From a virus (taxonomy: Duplodnaviria; Heunggongvirae; Uroviricota; Caudoviricetes): 64,000 nucleotides of DNA. Positions 53,590 to 62,470 of the stretch are shown here, piece by piece. The notes under the pieces were generated by a model, which had not been told where the DNA came from, did no database searches, and saw only the letters and a program-made list of their open reading frames with translations. Position 1 is the stretch's first letter; the number at the start of each line of letters is the position of its first letter. Position numbers and translations under genes: made by a program. The stretch lies in IMG/VR virus record IMGVR_UViG_3300035670_000017, positions 64,850 through 128,849 of that record; one strand, given 5' to 3'.

Positions 53590-54378
53590 ATGAAACCAGA
53601 AGCATTGCCTTATATTGTTCTGACGCTCTCTATTGTGTGTTTCTCTTTGTTCTGCTATTGCATCGGTTTGCGATCTCAATTAATCCGATATCAGGAGGAC
53701 GCCGAGCACATCAATAACTTTCCCAGCAAACAAGAATCGCTCGATGAAATCAACGATTACTTAGAGGAGGTTCTCTCTGCTGGTAAAGGTCACATCTTCT
53801 CATTCTTCACCTATTACCTGGACCCTAAGAGTTTCGAGACTATTGAGCCTCTTGTCTATAGCTCCGCGATGATCGCTCATCCGAAATCCTATCAGATTGA
53901 TCTCGATGACAACTGCTTGACTTTGAACATCACCTGGGAAAATGGTCAGTACATAAAGCACTGCATCTATGGTTCTCCTGGTGAAGAATACACTTTGGTC
54001 ACTGGAGACAAACGTAGCTTGGTTATCGGGTTCAACGACACAGGTACGTACATCGTCAGTCGAAACATTCTCTTTACCCCGAATGCCCGTCTGTCATGTA
54101 TCAATCTCGCTACTCTGGAGACCACGATTCGACACTACAAGTCTTGTGTGTCAGTGGAGCTTGCTGATAACAAGGGGACTCTTTTGCTAAAGTCCGATGA
54201 ATTCCGAGTGCGCAAGGATGCTCTGGGTAAAGAGTATGAATTCATCTTGGGACCAGAGTGGATGGACAAGCGTGAGAAAACTTACCACTTGAAGGACATC
54301 GAGAGTATGACCATTCATTACAACATGATGAAGGTTGTCCCATCGTCCGATGGGTATAGTCTGTTCTCCGTCAGTTAG
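53590..54378 (+). CDS. membrane-anchored hypothetical protein (262 aa, N-terminal TM)
   Basis: TM helix LPYIVLTLSIVCFSLFCYCIGL. Confidence 0.5.
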   Translation: MKPEALPYIVLTLSIVCFSLFCYCIGLRSQLIRYQEDAEHINNFPSKQESLDEINDYLEEVLSAGKGHIFSFFTYYLDPKSFETIEPLVYSSAMIAHPKSYQIDLDDNCLTLNITWENGQYIKHCIYGSPGEEYTLVTGDKRSLVIGFNDTGTYIVSRNILFTPNARLSCINLATLETTIRHYKSCVSVELADNKGTLLLKSDEFRVRKDALGKEYEFILGPEWMDKREKTYHLKDIESMTIHYNMMKVVPSSDGYSLFSVS

Positions 54379-54407
54379 ACCTACTGTTAAAAGGGTTATA
54401 CATAAAC

Positions 54408-54460
54408 CACACACCACCTACATCAACTGTAGGTGGTGTGTGTATATTTTTATTTGTCGT
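54408..54460 (+). terminator. intrinsic terminator (cacacaccacctaca tcaa ctgtaggtggtgtgtg + T-run)
   Basis: 15-bp stem followed by tatatttttatttgtcg. Confidence 0.75.
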
Positions 54461-54488
54461 TAAAACCCTTTTCTAACATAAATCGTTC

Positions 54489-54508
54489 ACATATATTCTA
54501 CATGAGGA
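54489..54508 (+). promoter_or_regulatory. motif copy 9 CATATATTCTACATGAGGA
   Basis: 42 bp upstream of ATG 54550. Confidence 0.5.
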
Positions 54509-54549
54509 CAATTCCAATAGTCCATTTTAACCTGAAAGGAAATTAACAA

Positions 54550-55263
54550 ATGCAAAGCAATATTGAAACCGGTCCATCTTTTCGCGATCAACTAAATGCC
54601 CCCATGCATCAACTGCTCACTGAGTGGAAAAACAAGAGCAATCTCAATTGTGAGCAGATTGCAAAGAAACTAGGGATTCGCGCTCAACAAGTGAGCAAAG
54701 TGTTCAAATTTGAAAATCATCGGGCAGTCAAACCTGAAACATATCTGGGTTACATCATGGCTTTCGGGGGTAGTTTCGAAATCCATATGACATCCAAACA
54801 TGATCTGAAAATCAAGCCTTATCACATCTACAAAGATGCGAACGAAGCCCATGCTTGGTTCAAGGCCATGATCAAAGAAATCATGACACTAGGCCGTGTT
54901 AATTTCAAGGGGATCGCTAATGATCTTGATGATCGAGGCATCTCCGGCTTGAACATGCGTAACATCTACTGCTATGACTCATTGCCTTTGACGATGATGC
55001 GTCAAGCTAGTTTACTCGGTTGTAAGTTCCATCTGGTATTCAAGATGCCGGGGACTAAAACCTATAAAGTAGATTACACTGAGGTGACAAATGCTCCTGT
55101 ATTCATCGAGTATGTCACTCAACCGGTTAAGCGCGTCTACCGCCGCATGGGTGATCCTTATCAGGACATCAATGTCGATCCAGTCGAATTGACTTTGATC
55201 TCCAGGATGCAACGCGGGGTCGCTCAGACATCTCTGGGTGAAACGGTTCGAGCCTTCCTGTAA
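54550..55263 (+). CDS. hypothetical protein with HTH-like segment (237 aa)
   Basis: AAAGGAAATTAACAAATG RBS-start. HTH-like NCEQIAKKLGIRAQQVSKVF. Confidence 0.5.
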   Translation: MQSNIETGPSFRDQLNAPMHQLLTEWKNKSNLNCEQIAKKLGIRAQQVSKVFKFENHRAVKPETYLGYIMAFGGSFEIHMTSKHDLKIKPYHIYKDANEAHAWFKAMIKEIMTLGRVNFKGIANDLDDRGISGLNMRNIYCYDSLPLTMMRQASLLGCKFHLVFKMPGTKTYKVDYTEVTNAPVFIEYVTQPVKRVYRRMGDPYQDINVDPVELTLISRMQRGVAQTSLGETVRAFL

Positions 55264-55268
55264 GGATA

Positions 55269-55325
55269 TATCCCACTGGTGCTTTTGGTACCAGTGGGAT
55301 AGCCTTTCCTATGTTTTTTAGTTTG
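55269..55325 (+). terminator. intrinsic terminator (tatcccactggt ... accagtgggata + T-run)
   Basis: 12-bp stem followed by gcctttcctatgttttttagtttg. Confidence 0.7.
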
Positions 55326-55344
55326 TATATACTTTACTTGATAC
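55326..55344 (+). promoter_or_regulatory. motif copy 10 TATATACTTTACTTGATAC
   Basis: 23 bp upstream of ATG 55367. Confidence 0.5.
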
Positions 55345-55366
55345 GAAACCAAATCTGAAAGTTTTT

Positions 55367-55594
55367 ATGCAACAATGGTCTAAGGATTTCATAGAGAGGA
55401 CCATCTCTTTTCCTAATTCAACTCTCTCGGTACTCCGCTATGCTCAGCAGTCCTTCAATCTATTCGCCACCGGCCACTACTTCATGCATCCATTAGCCTT
55501 TGAGCTATGTAGGCAAAAGATTCTTAGCCAAGGGTCTACTCCAGAAAGCGGCCCCATCACAATCCAAGATGTCATGACTAACGATCATAGCTGA
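55367..55594 (+). CDS. hypothetical protein (75 aa), MQQWSK family
   Basis: Begins MQQWSKDF. Paralogous to 55705..56052. Confidence 0.45.
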   Translation: MQQWSKDFIERTISFPNSTLSVLRYAQQSFNLFATGHYFMHPLAFELCRQKILSQGSTPESGPITIQDVMTNDHS

Positions 55595-55704
55595 GTGAAG
55601 AGAATACCGAACGGCGGCGGCTGGCACATATTTTCAGGCACAGTTAAAATGCTCAATCGAGCTTCTTTAGAAGATAGGTTGTTTCGAATGTACGGAGGTT
55701 ATTA

Positions 55705-56052
55705 ATGCAACAATGGTCCAAAGAGTATGTCGAAGAAATTGACTATATCGATTTCGGGATTGGAAATATTGAGCGTTGGTTCCTAGATTTATACCAAAAC
55801 GCCTCTTATGCACGACATGTCTATAAACATGACATACTGCATCCCGTCGGATACGAAATATGCAGAAGTCGCCTTATGCAATCGAAAATGTCTAGTGACG
55901 TAGTGACGACCACTGACATCATTCGCGATGACGGTATATGGTGTAAATCTGCCAGCTATCCCGAATGGTTTAAAGGTCATCATCTCTTTGTCGGATTAAT
56001 GGTGAAAGCTTCTAGAGACAATGAGCTATTCTCTCAGTTCTGGGGTTATTGA
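55705..56052 (+). CDS. hypothetical protein (115 aa), MQQWSK family
   Basis: Begins MQQWSKEY. GGAGGTTATTAATG RBS-start. Confidence 0.5.
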   Translation: MQQWSKEYVEEIDYIDFGIGNIERWFLDLYQNASYARHVYKHDILHPVGYEICRSRLMQSKMSSDVVTTTDIIRDDGIWCKSASYPEWFKGHHLFVGLMVKASRDNELFSQFWGY

Positions 56053-56375
56053 TGCAGCAATACACACACGGATACATCACCAGACTGCACCCATTGAACA
56101 TGGTGTCTTTGTATTTGACTGCCTGTTATTTAAAGGAATACTACGGATATCAAGTGCTTACTGGTGCGTGCTTTTCTCTCTTGACCGCTCGGTTATCGGA
56201 GAACTTTGATTTCATTCAAGAGCATCCTCATGCTTTCTTGATCACACAGGAAAACCTGAAGTCCAATGACACCAGCTTCATCATGGAAAGTAAAGTGCCT
56301 GTCAGAATAGGTTTCGCCGCCAAACAACTTTTAGAAACATCCAGACAAGGAAAGTTATATGAAAGATCAGCTTGA
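56049..56375 (+). CDS. hypothetical protein (108 aa), possible third MQQ-family member
   Basis: Begins MMQQYTHGY. ATGA overlap upstream and overlaps the ligA start. Confidence 0.4.
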   Translation: MMQQYTHGYITRLHPLNMVSLYLTACYLKEYYGYQVLTGACFSLLTARLSENFDFIQEHPHAFLITQENLKSNDTSFIMESKVPVRIGFAAKQLLETSRQGKLYERSA

Positions 56376-58461
56376 GTTAATTCAAGAAATCGATGAACTT
56401 AATTCCGAGATCAAAAAGCATGATCTGGCTTATTATAAGACACTCAAGCCAACTATCCCGGACAGTGAATACGATGCTAAGATCGTGAAGCTTCGTGAAC
56501 TGGTCGATCAGCTAGATGATTCTAGCGTCGTTCGAACTGTGTTGGATGAGCCAGCCTCTGATATACAGGATGTGGTTTGGTCGATGGATCACGAGCGCCC
56601 TATGCTTAGTATTCGCACAGAAGTGGATACTTCGGAAGCTCCTATCGAGAAATTCCATGAGCGGGTGTGTCGTTTGCTTAAGACTACGGATGTGGAATAC
56701 ATCGCGGAACCTAAGTATGACGGTCTCGCTGTCTCTTTGAGATACTCACTCAAACACGGTGTGCCTACTTTGGCATTCTGTTTGACTCGCGGAGACGGGA
56801 CAGCTGGCGAGGACATCTCCGGTAATGTGATCCATGTATCAAATGTACCTCTGCGTCTGCAAGGCGGATTACAGCTGGATAAGATCACTGAGATTCGCGG
56901 GGAGTTGCTACTTCCTAAAAATTGCTTAAAGGAGATCAACGAATATCGCGTGAGGATTGGTAAGCCGGAGTTCGTCAATTGTCGAAATGCCATCGCTGGT
57001 ATCATCAGGCAAAAAGAACCTGACTTGGAGTTACTGAAACGAGCAGTCTTTATGCCGTATGCGGTATTCCAGTCGGAACCTACGATTGGCTTCCAGTCAG
57101 TGGCTTTGGCAGTCCTGGCTCAAGTATGTCCCAATCCGTTCAAGATCAATCCCGTTCGCTACATCGGGGACTACAAAGGACTGTTTGCTGCTTATCAAGA
57201 ACTTGAGCTTCAAAGAGATTCCCTTGATTTTGAAATCGATGGCATTGTCTACAAGGTCAATGACATCAAGCTGCAAGGAAAGCTCGGTGTATCTGGTCGT
57301 GAACCGAAATGGGCGATCGCTCATAAGTTCCGTCCTCAAGAAGCCAAGACCACTTTGCAGAGCATCGACATCCAAGTCGGTCCTTCTGGTCGCATCACAC
57401 CGGTAGCTAGACTGGAGCCTGTATTCGTAGGCGGGACAACTGTTACGAATGTGACGTTATCCAACTTCGATCAGATCCAGCAAAAGGATATCGCTCCCGG
57501 TGACGTCGTCTATGTTCGCCGTGCTGGTGACGTGATTCCTGAGATCATGGGTCGAGCCAGTGAGAGGGTTGGTCCAGTCCCAGAAATCGTAGCTCCGGAT
57601 CATTGTCCGTCTTGTGGTACTCCGGTGACTCGACGAGAAGGAGAGGTCAATTATTACTGCCCAAACACCTATGGCTGTGGTGCTCAAATAGCCGGTGGTA
57701 TCGAACGTATTTGTTCACGCAAGTACTTGGATATACAGGGCATCGGGGAAGTAGTAGCCAAGATGATTCAAGAGTCAGGGAAAGTGAAGAACCCTCTGGA
57801 TCTGTTTACTCTTGGCTTGGATGACTTCAAAGACTTAGGTCTAGGGGATCTGACTGCTTCCAAGATCATGGTTAATCTGTACACTATCCTGAGTACGCCA
57901 TTGCCTTTCAATAAGTTCCTGGAAATTCTAGGAATCTTCGGTATTGGTGAGCGAGCGTCCCTTAAGATCGCGGAACAAGTAGGTAGTCTCGACGGACTGA
58001 TAGCTGCCTTAGGTTCATTGGAGGACCTGAAAGGGATAACTGTCGCTCATGTCCGGGATATCCGTGAGTTCTTTGCCCGCACACAAGTTCCAACGGTGCT
58101 CAGTAATCGTCCTATGACGATGATTGATTTCCTGCGTGAACTGATACAGCGTTTTAAGATCGTGAACTATGAGCCTAATGTCGATGCGATCCTTGGTAAC
58201 AAGACAATCGTTCTGACAGGAAGCACTTCTGGTATCGATCGAAACGACTTCAAGAAGAAATGTCAGCAACTCGGAGCTGTCATCGGAAGCTCTGTCTCTA
58301 AGAACACATCTGTTGTTGTTTACGGAGATGGCGCAGGTGATAAATACGACAAGGCTGTCAAACTGAAAATCCCAACCCTGACTTATGAGGAATTCATTGC
58401 GCAATTTCCTGAGTCCAATCCAAACAAAGAGGAACTATGCTTAACATTGAAGCAAATTTGA
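56359..58461 (+). CDS. ligA: NAD+-dependent DNA ligase (700 aa)
   Basis: N-terminal Ia region (DLAYYKTLKPTIPDSEYD). Adenylation KxDG motif EPKYDGLAVSL. Zn finger CPSCGTPVTRREGEVNYYCPNTYGC. C-terminal BRCT (KTIVLTGSTSGIDRNDFKKKCQQLGAVIGSSVSKNTSVVVYG). Confidence 0.9.
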   Translation: MKDQLELIQEIDELNSEIKKHDLAYYKTLKPTIPDSEYDAKIVKLRELVDQLDDSSVVRTVLDEPASDIQDVVWSMDHERPMLSIRTEVDTSEAPIEKFHERVCRLLKTTDVEYIAEPKYDGLAVSLRYSLKHGVPTLAFCLTRGDGTAGEDISGNVIHVSNVPLRLQGGLQLDKITEIRGELLLPKNCLKEINEYRVRIGKPEFVNCRNAIAGIIRQKEPDLELLKRAVFMPYAVFQSEPTIGFQSVALAVLAQVCPNPFKINPVRYIGDYKGLFAAYQELELQRDSLDFEIDGIVYKVNDIKLQGKLGVSGREPKWAIAHKFRPQEAKTTLQSIDIQVGPSGRITPVARLEPVFVGGTTVTNVTLSNFDQIQQKDIAPGDVVYVRRAGDVIPEIMGRASERVGPVPEIVAPDHCPSCGTPVTRREGEVNYYCPNTYGCGAQIAGGIERICSRKYLDIQGIGEVVAKMIQESGKVKNPLDLFTLGLDDFKDLGLGDLTASKIMVNLYTILSTPLPFNKFLEILGIFGIGERASLKIAEQVGSLDGLIAALGSLEDLKGITVAHVRDIREFFARTQVPTVLSNRPMTMIDFLRELIQRFKIVNYEPNVDAILGNKTIVLTGSTSGIDRNDFKKKCQQLGAVIGSSVSKNTSVVVYGDGAGDKYDKAVKLKIPTLTYEEFIAQFPESNPNKEELCLTLKQI

Positions 58462-58886
58462 CCGGTCTCACTAATATCTCTCTGGCTACTGCATTGGCGA
58501 TGGATTACAAGGGCGCAGCTGTAATCAGAGTCGAAAAGCGTCTGACCTTGACTGATCCAGTCAATATCCATATTCGACGCTCCGAGATTCACGAGGGGAT
58601 GCCCAAGCTTGCCGGAAGTGTTTTTATCAAACACGGAGAGTACACTGATGCTGAAAGTTTCTACATCTCCTACGGAGGCGAAAGCCCTCGGAATAAGTTC
58701 CACCCCATCGTTTACATTGTCACAATCATCGGTGATCCTGCTGATTACGGCACCTCCTTTCGGAAAGACGAAACTAAGTTTGTCTTTCAAATCCTCGGTA
58801 TGCAGGGCGACGAAGATGAGATCAACGGGTATCTGGATAAGGCGGAAGAGTATCTCAAGACTCTGTTCAGGACCGAAATCAATTAA
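58437..58886 (+). CDS. hypothetical protein (149 aa)
   Basis: Overlaps the ligA 3' end by 25 nt. Confidence 0.4.
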   Translation: MLNIEANLTGLTNISLATALAMDYKGAAVIRVEKRLTLTDPVNIHIRRSEIHEGMPKLAGSVFIKHGEYTDAESFYISYGGESPRNKFHPIVYIVTIIGDPADYGTSFRKDETKFVFQILGMQGDEDEINGYLDKAEEYLKTLFRTEIN

Positions 58887-58906
58887 CCTTATAGGAAATT
58901 AAAATC

Positions 58907-59128
58907 ATGGAATTCCTTCCGCATGAACAGCGCGTCATTGATGAAGCGGCACAAAACAAAGACCGTCTGGATAAATTGAAGGCTTTCTTGGATAAGCCGT
59001 TTGTCCAAACACTCAATCCTTACGAGATCGCTGATCTTCAAAGTCAAGCTGAAGTCATGGAGAAACTTCAGGAGATTTTGGATCGTCGTATTTGGCGTTT
59101 CACAAAAGCCAAAACAGATAACTCGTAA
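58907..59128 (+). CDS. hypothetical protein (73 aa)
   Basis: ATAGGAAATTAAAATCATG RBS-start. Confidence 0.45.
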   Translation: MEFLPHEQRVIDEAAQNKDRLDKLKAFLDKPFVQTLNPYEIADLQSQAEVMEKLQEILDRRIWRFTKAKTDNS

Positions 59129-59138
59129 TTAAATATAG

Positions 59139-59194
59139 CTACACACTTACTGGACTATCCAGTAAGTGTGTAGCGGTATTCTTTTATTTTTTAG
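59139..59194 (+). terminator. intrinsic terminator (ctacacacttact ggactatcc agtaagtgtgtag + T-run)
   Basis: 13-bp stem followed by cggtattcttttattttttag. Confidence 0.75.
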
Positions 59195-59200
59195 ATAATC

Positions 59201-59671
59201 ATGCAAATACTTACATCTACAGATCCAGATCTTTCTCATCTTCGACCAAGCATCCATGCTTTGTTAGAGTTGCATACTCGCCAAATGTCCTATATCACGG
59301 GTGACAACCGTGATGAGATGATCACTGATTGGTTCAATGAGTATCGTCTTCCTAATTACTTCATGGTGGAAAATGATGCAGTAATTGGTTTATGTATCAC
59401 GGATACATATATGAACACAGGGCGAGAGATATCTCTGCTATTAACTCATCCTAGTTACTACCGACAAAGTGTAGCAACTTCTCTTTTAGATCACTGCATT
59501 CGTAGATCTGAGTTTTGTGGTTTCACTTCTTTGCATCTACAAGTAGCGAGGGATAACGAAAACGCTATCCGTCTTTACTACAAACATGGCTTTATCTTAG
59601 TCGATAAAACGGGGCACATGTACAAGATGTCTCGAAGTCTATCATCCAATGACTGCTGTTCAAATTTCTAA
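59201..59671 (+). CDS. GNAT-family N-acetyltransferase (156 aa)
   Basis: GNAT motif LHLQVARDNENAIRLYYKHGF. Confidence 0.65.
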   Translation: MQILTSTDPDLSHLRPSIHALLELHTRQMSYITGDNRDEMITDWFNEYRLPNYFMVENDAVIGLCITDTYMNTGREISLLLTHPSYYRQSVATSLLDHCIRRSEFCGFTSLHLQVARDNENAIRLYYKHGFILVDKTGHMYKMSRSLSSNDCCSNF

Positions 59672-59682
59672 GGAGTTACTCT

Positions 59683-60363
59683 ATGACCCCTATTGTGAAT
59701 ATCGACACTGCTCGATTCATCAATATCGCCACCTTTGAGTGGCCTGTATCCTTTCTCGCCATTCAGCGAGCAAATCCGAGTGTGTTCTGGGGCGCTAATG
59801 TCACAACCGAAGACATTCTAGCTTTGGGCTATGCTGAGATCAAGCCGCGTGATCACGAAGCCGGTGACGTGGTTCGTGAGATCGATCCTGAGTTCATCAA
59901 CGGTGAGTTCTTTCAGCGCTGGGAAGTGCGTGGCTTCAATCCTGAAGAACTGGAAGCCAATTTTCAAGCTGCGAAGAGAACTCTTCGCACCCAAGTCATC
60001 GGTTTGAAAAACGACACCTTGGCCAAGGGTTATCCCTATCAGTTTGATTCGGGCATCTACCACGTTCAGATGCGTGATACCGACCGGACCAATATCTTGG
60101 GGATGACTGAAATAGCTCAGCGTGATCCACAAGGCACTCAGGTGTTCCGAGTCTATGAGAATCAAAACATTCCCTTGACTGCTGAAAAACTTAGCTCCAT
60201 GACCGATGCTATCGGTGTCGCTTACTCGCAGCTGATGGCTAAGGTTTGGGAGTTCAAGGACCAAATCGAGGCCGCTACGACTAAGGAACAACTCCCGGTG
60301 ATTCCTTCTACACTCGCAGAATTTTACGCAGACCATCTGCTGTGGCCTGCGCCTGCATCTTAA
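59683..60363 (+). CDS. hypothetical protein (226 aa)
   Basis: AAGGAGTTACTCTATG RBS-start. Confidence 0.5.
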   Translation: MTPIVNIDTARFINIATFEWPVSFLAIQRANPSVFWGANVTTEDILALGYAEIKPRDHEAGDVVREIDPEFINGEFFQRWEVRGFNPEELEANFQAAKRTLRTQVIGLKNDTLAKGYPYQFDSGIYHVQMRDTDRTNILGMTEIAQRDPQGTQVFRVYENQNIPLTAEKLSSMTDAIGVAYSQLMAKVWEFKDQIEAATTKEQLPVIPSTLAEFYADHLLWPAPAS

Positions 60364-60377
60364 GAAAGGACTAGATC

Positions 60378-60830
60378 ATGGGACTGAAAGTTTTCAAAGT
60401 CAACGCTTTACCGGAAACATTGGTCGCTAATGCGATGTACATGATCCCTAACGGCGCAACTGACGTCAAATTGTACCTGACTAACAACACTGGTACGGTG
60501 GCTAGGGTGCTGACTGCTTTGGCTGATTTCACCAGTTATTCTTTGCCAATTGGCACAGGAACCGGCGCGATTGACCTCAGCGTTAATCAAATCTACAAAG
60601 TAAGTCTGACCGCGGCTGGGCAAAAGACTATCTCTTTCACTAATGCCCCTACGGAAGCTATGACGATTGTCATCGAAGCTGTGGGTAATGTGGGCACGAT
60701 TGTCTTCCCTGCGGGTGTTGTCAATGTTACCGGAGTGACTAACACACTGGGTTCTGTCAAGACCTTGTTTGTGTTGTTCTGGGATACTGAAAAGTATTAC
60801 ATTATCAACGTCGCTAAGATCGACGCATAA
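60378..60830 (+). CDS. hypothetical protein (150 aa), Thr/Val/Gly-rich
   Basis: AAAGGACTAGATCATG RBS-start. Confidence 0.5.
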   Translation: MGLKVFKVNALPETLVANAMYMIPNGATDVKLYLTNNTGTVARVLTALADFTSYSLPIGTGTGAIDLSVNQIYKVSLTAAGQKTISFTNAPTEAMTIVIEAVGNVGTIVFPAGVVNVTGVTNTLGSVKTLFVLFWDTEKYYIINVAKIDA

Positions 60831-60836
60831 AGCATG

Positions 60837-60892
60837 CATACACCAGTACCTGCGGATGCAGGTACTGGTGTATGATCTGTTTGTAAAATATG
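60837..60892 (+). terminator. intrinsic terminator (catacaccagtacctgc ggat gcaggtactggtgtatg)
   Basis: 17-bp perfect stem with a weak T tract. Confidence 0.7.
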
Positions 60893-60899
60893 TCATTCT

Positions 60900-60918
60900 C
60901 ATATACTTTATATGATAC
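60900..60918 (+). promoter_or_regulatory. motif copy 11 CATATACTTTATATGATAC
   Basis: 16 bp upstream of ATG 60934. Confidence 0.45.
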
Positions 60919-60933
60919 TTAGTGCAGAAATAA

Positions 60934-61332
60934 ATGAAAGAAAATATGAAAGAGAAAATATATCATCACTATATTCCTAAGAAAGAAGCACGGACATTCA
61001 CTCTAAAAGAGTTTGATTCTTTCTCAACCATCACTCAATATCAGTTAAAAGCCATCCAGGCTTATTTATTGATAACAAACGGAACTCTGATTATGGATGA
61101 GCTGATCTTCCAGCAATCTATCGAGTTAGAATTAGGTGATACGAAGGGCCTTACCTTCCCGAATCGTTTCAAGAAACCATTGAGTGAGATCAAGAATTTA
61201 CCAATGACCATAGATGACTATGTAGGTTATTGGCGCTGGTGGTGTAATACACATAAGGATAGTTGGATGATGAAGTTTGGTAGAGAACTCTATGAACGAG
61301 GGATCCTCTTAGAAATCAATGACTCAAGGTAA
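60934..61332 (+). CDS. paralog-array member 1 (132 aa)
   Basis: Shares the ...YLLITNGTLIMDE... core with the next four ORFs. Confidence 0.5.
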   Translation: MKENMKEKIYHHYIPKKEARTFTLKEFDSFSTITQYQLKAIQAYLLITNGTLIMDELIFQQSIELELGDTKGLTFPNRFKKPLSEIKNLPMTIDDYVGYWRWWCNTHKDSWMMKFGRELYERGILLEINDSR

Positions 61333-61335
61333 AAT

Positions 61336-61725
61336 ATGGTAAAAGATAAAGTAGAGATTCTTCGACTCTATGAGAACCCAAGAACTATTGGCTGTGGGGA
61401 ATATCAAGAACTTCACAGAAGAGTCCAACAAGAATTAATAGATACTCAATTCTATTTACTGGTCACCAAGAATCAATGGTTCCTTGATTCAGTTATTATG
61501 GAGCTAGACCGAATGCATTGGAGATCAATATTTAAATCGTATTCCAGTCTTGACAGTCTCTATGGTTCCCAATTACCCGATATCAAAGTTGAAAGGTCTA
61601 TTGATTTAGCGACCGCTATTCAATCTATGCAAAGAGCTAAATTTTCTGATACTTTCATCAGACATAATGAATATACGATACGAAGAGGTATACTTTTATA
61701 TAAAGAAGAGGATCGTAAACTTTGA
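61336..61725 (+). CDS. paralog-array member 2 (129 aa)
   Basis: RTIGCGEYQELH...FYLLVTKNQWFLDS. Confidence 0.5.
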   Translation: MVKDKVEILRLYENPRTIGCGEYQELHRRVQQELIDTQFYLLVTKNQWFLDSVIMELDRMHWRSIFKSYSSLDSLYGSQLPDIKVERSIDLATAIQSMQRAKFSDTFIRHNEYTIRRGILLYKEEDRKL

Positions 61726-62123
61726 ACAAGCCGACTCGTTTAATTTTAAGCAAGGAATTCCGAACCATTGGTTTCAAGGAGTTCGAGGAGTTTCACCCGG
61801 TCACGCAGACCATTCTGATGAATCTTGATGTTTATCTTTTAGCCACTAGAGGTTATGGGTTTTTGGATTCTTATATCCATGAGCACCGGGATATTCATTC
61901 ATCGAGCCCCGCCTCCATTAATCGCTGGATGGCTCTGTTCACAAATCGACAAAAGGATACCGACCGAACCGTCGATGATCTGAGAATGCATGATGATGAT
62001 TACTGGTTTGAATTTCATGAAAATGAATTCAAAGACGGAGTTGATTTACAATACCGTAAGAATCGTCCTAGGACGCCAAGAACGAATCCCAATCGAGGGA
62101 TCACCAAAAGGAGATTTAAATGA
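61722..62123 (+). CDS. paralog-array member 3 (133 aa)
   Basis: RTIGFKEFEEFH...VYLLATRGYGFLDS. ATGA coupling. Confidence 0.5.
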   Translation: MNKPTRLILSKEFRTIGFKEFEEFHPVTQTILMNLDVYLLATRGYGFLDSYIHEHRDIHSSSPASINRWMALFTNRQKDTDRTVDDLRMHDDDYWFEFHENEFKDGVDLQYRKNRPRTPRTNPNRGITKRRFK

Positions 62124-62470
62124 GTCGCAGGATTCAGTTATTCGCTGAGATCTTTCCGAAAAGATATGAAAGGACATTGACCCGTCAGGAAGTGGATAGT
62201 GTACTGTTCTGGGTCGATGAAATGTTTTTAGCTCAGATTTATCTAATCGCTACTGAAAACTATTACTTCATGGACAGAGAATCACTGGAATCTCTGAGTC
62301 GACGAAAAGGTTTGTTCTTTACGTTCTGGTGGTTTCCGTCTTTCCTCACATACAGGAGTAGTGTCGATGACTTTATCGATGCATATATCCAGTTGCTGAA
62401 ACTACCTGAATATCGTAGTCATGCATCTGAGATAGAAGCAAACATAAATAATGGGATCCAAATCAGATAA
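62120..62470 (+). CDS. paralog-array member 4 (116 aa)
   Basis: RTLTRQEVDS...IYLIATENYYFMDR. ATGA coupling. Confidence 0.5.
   Translation: MSRRIQLFAEIFPKRYERTLTRQEVDSVLFWVDEMFLAQIYLIATENYYFMDRESLESLSRRKGLFFTFWWFPSFLTYRSSVDDFIDAYIQLLKLPEYRSHASEIEANINNGIQIR

Noticed and set aside
6246-60918. Whether the dispersed 18-bp repeats could be a CRISPR array or a MITE family
   Set aside because: The copies are 1-13 kb apart and not in a spacer-repeat array. They have no terminal inverted repeats or target-site duplications. They are always intergenic and gene-proximal on one strand, which fits a promoter.
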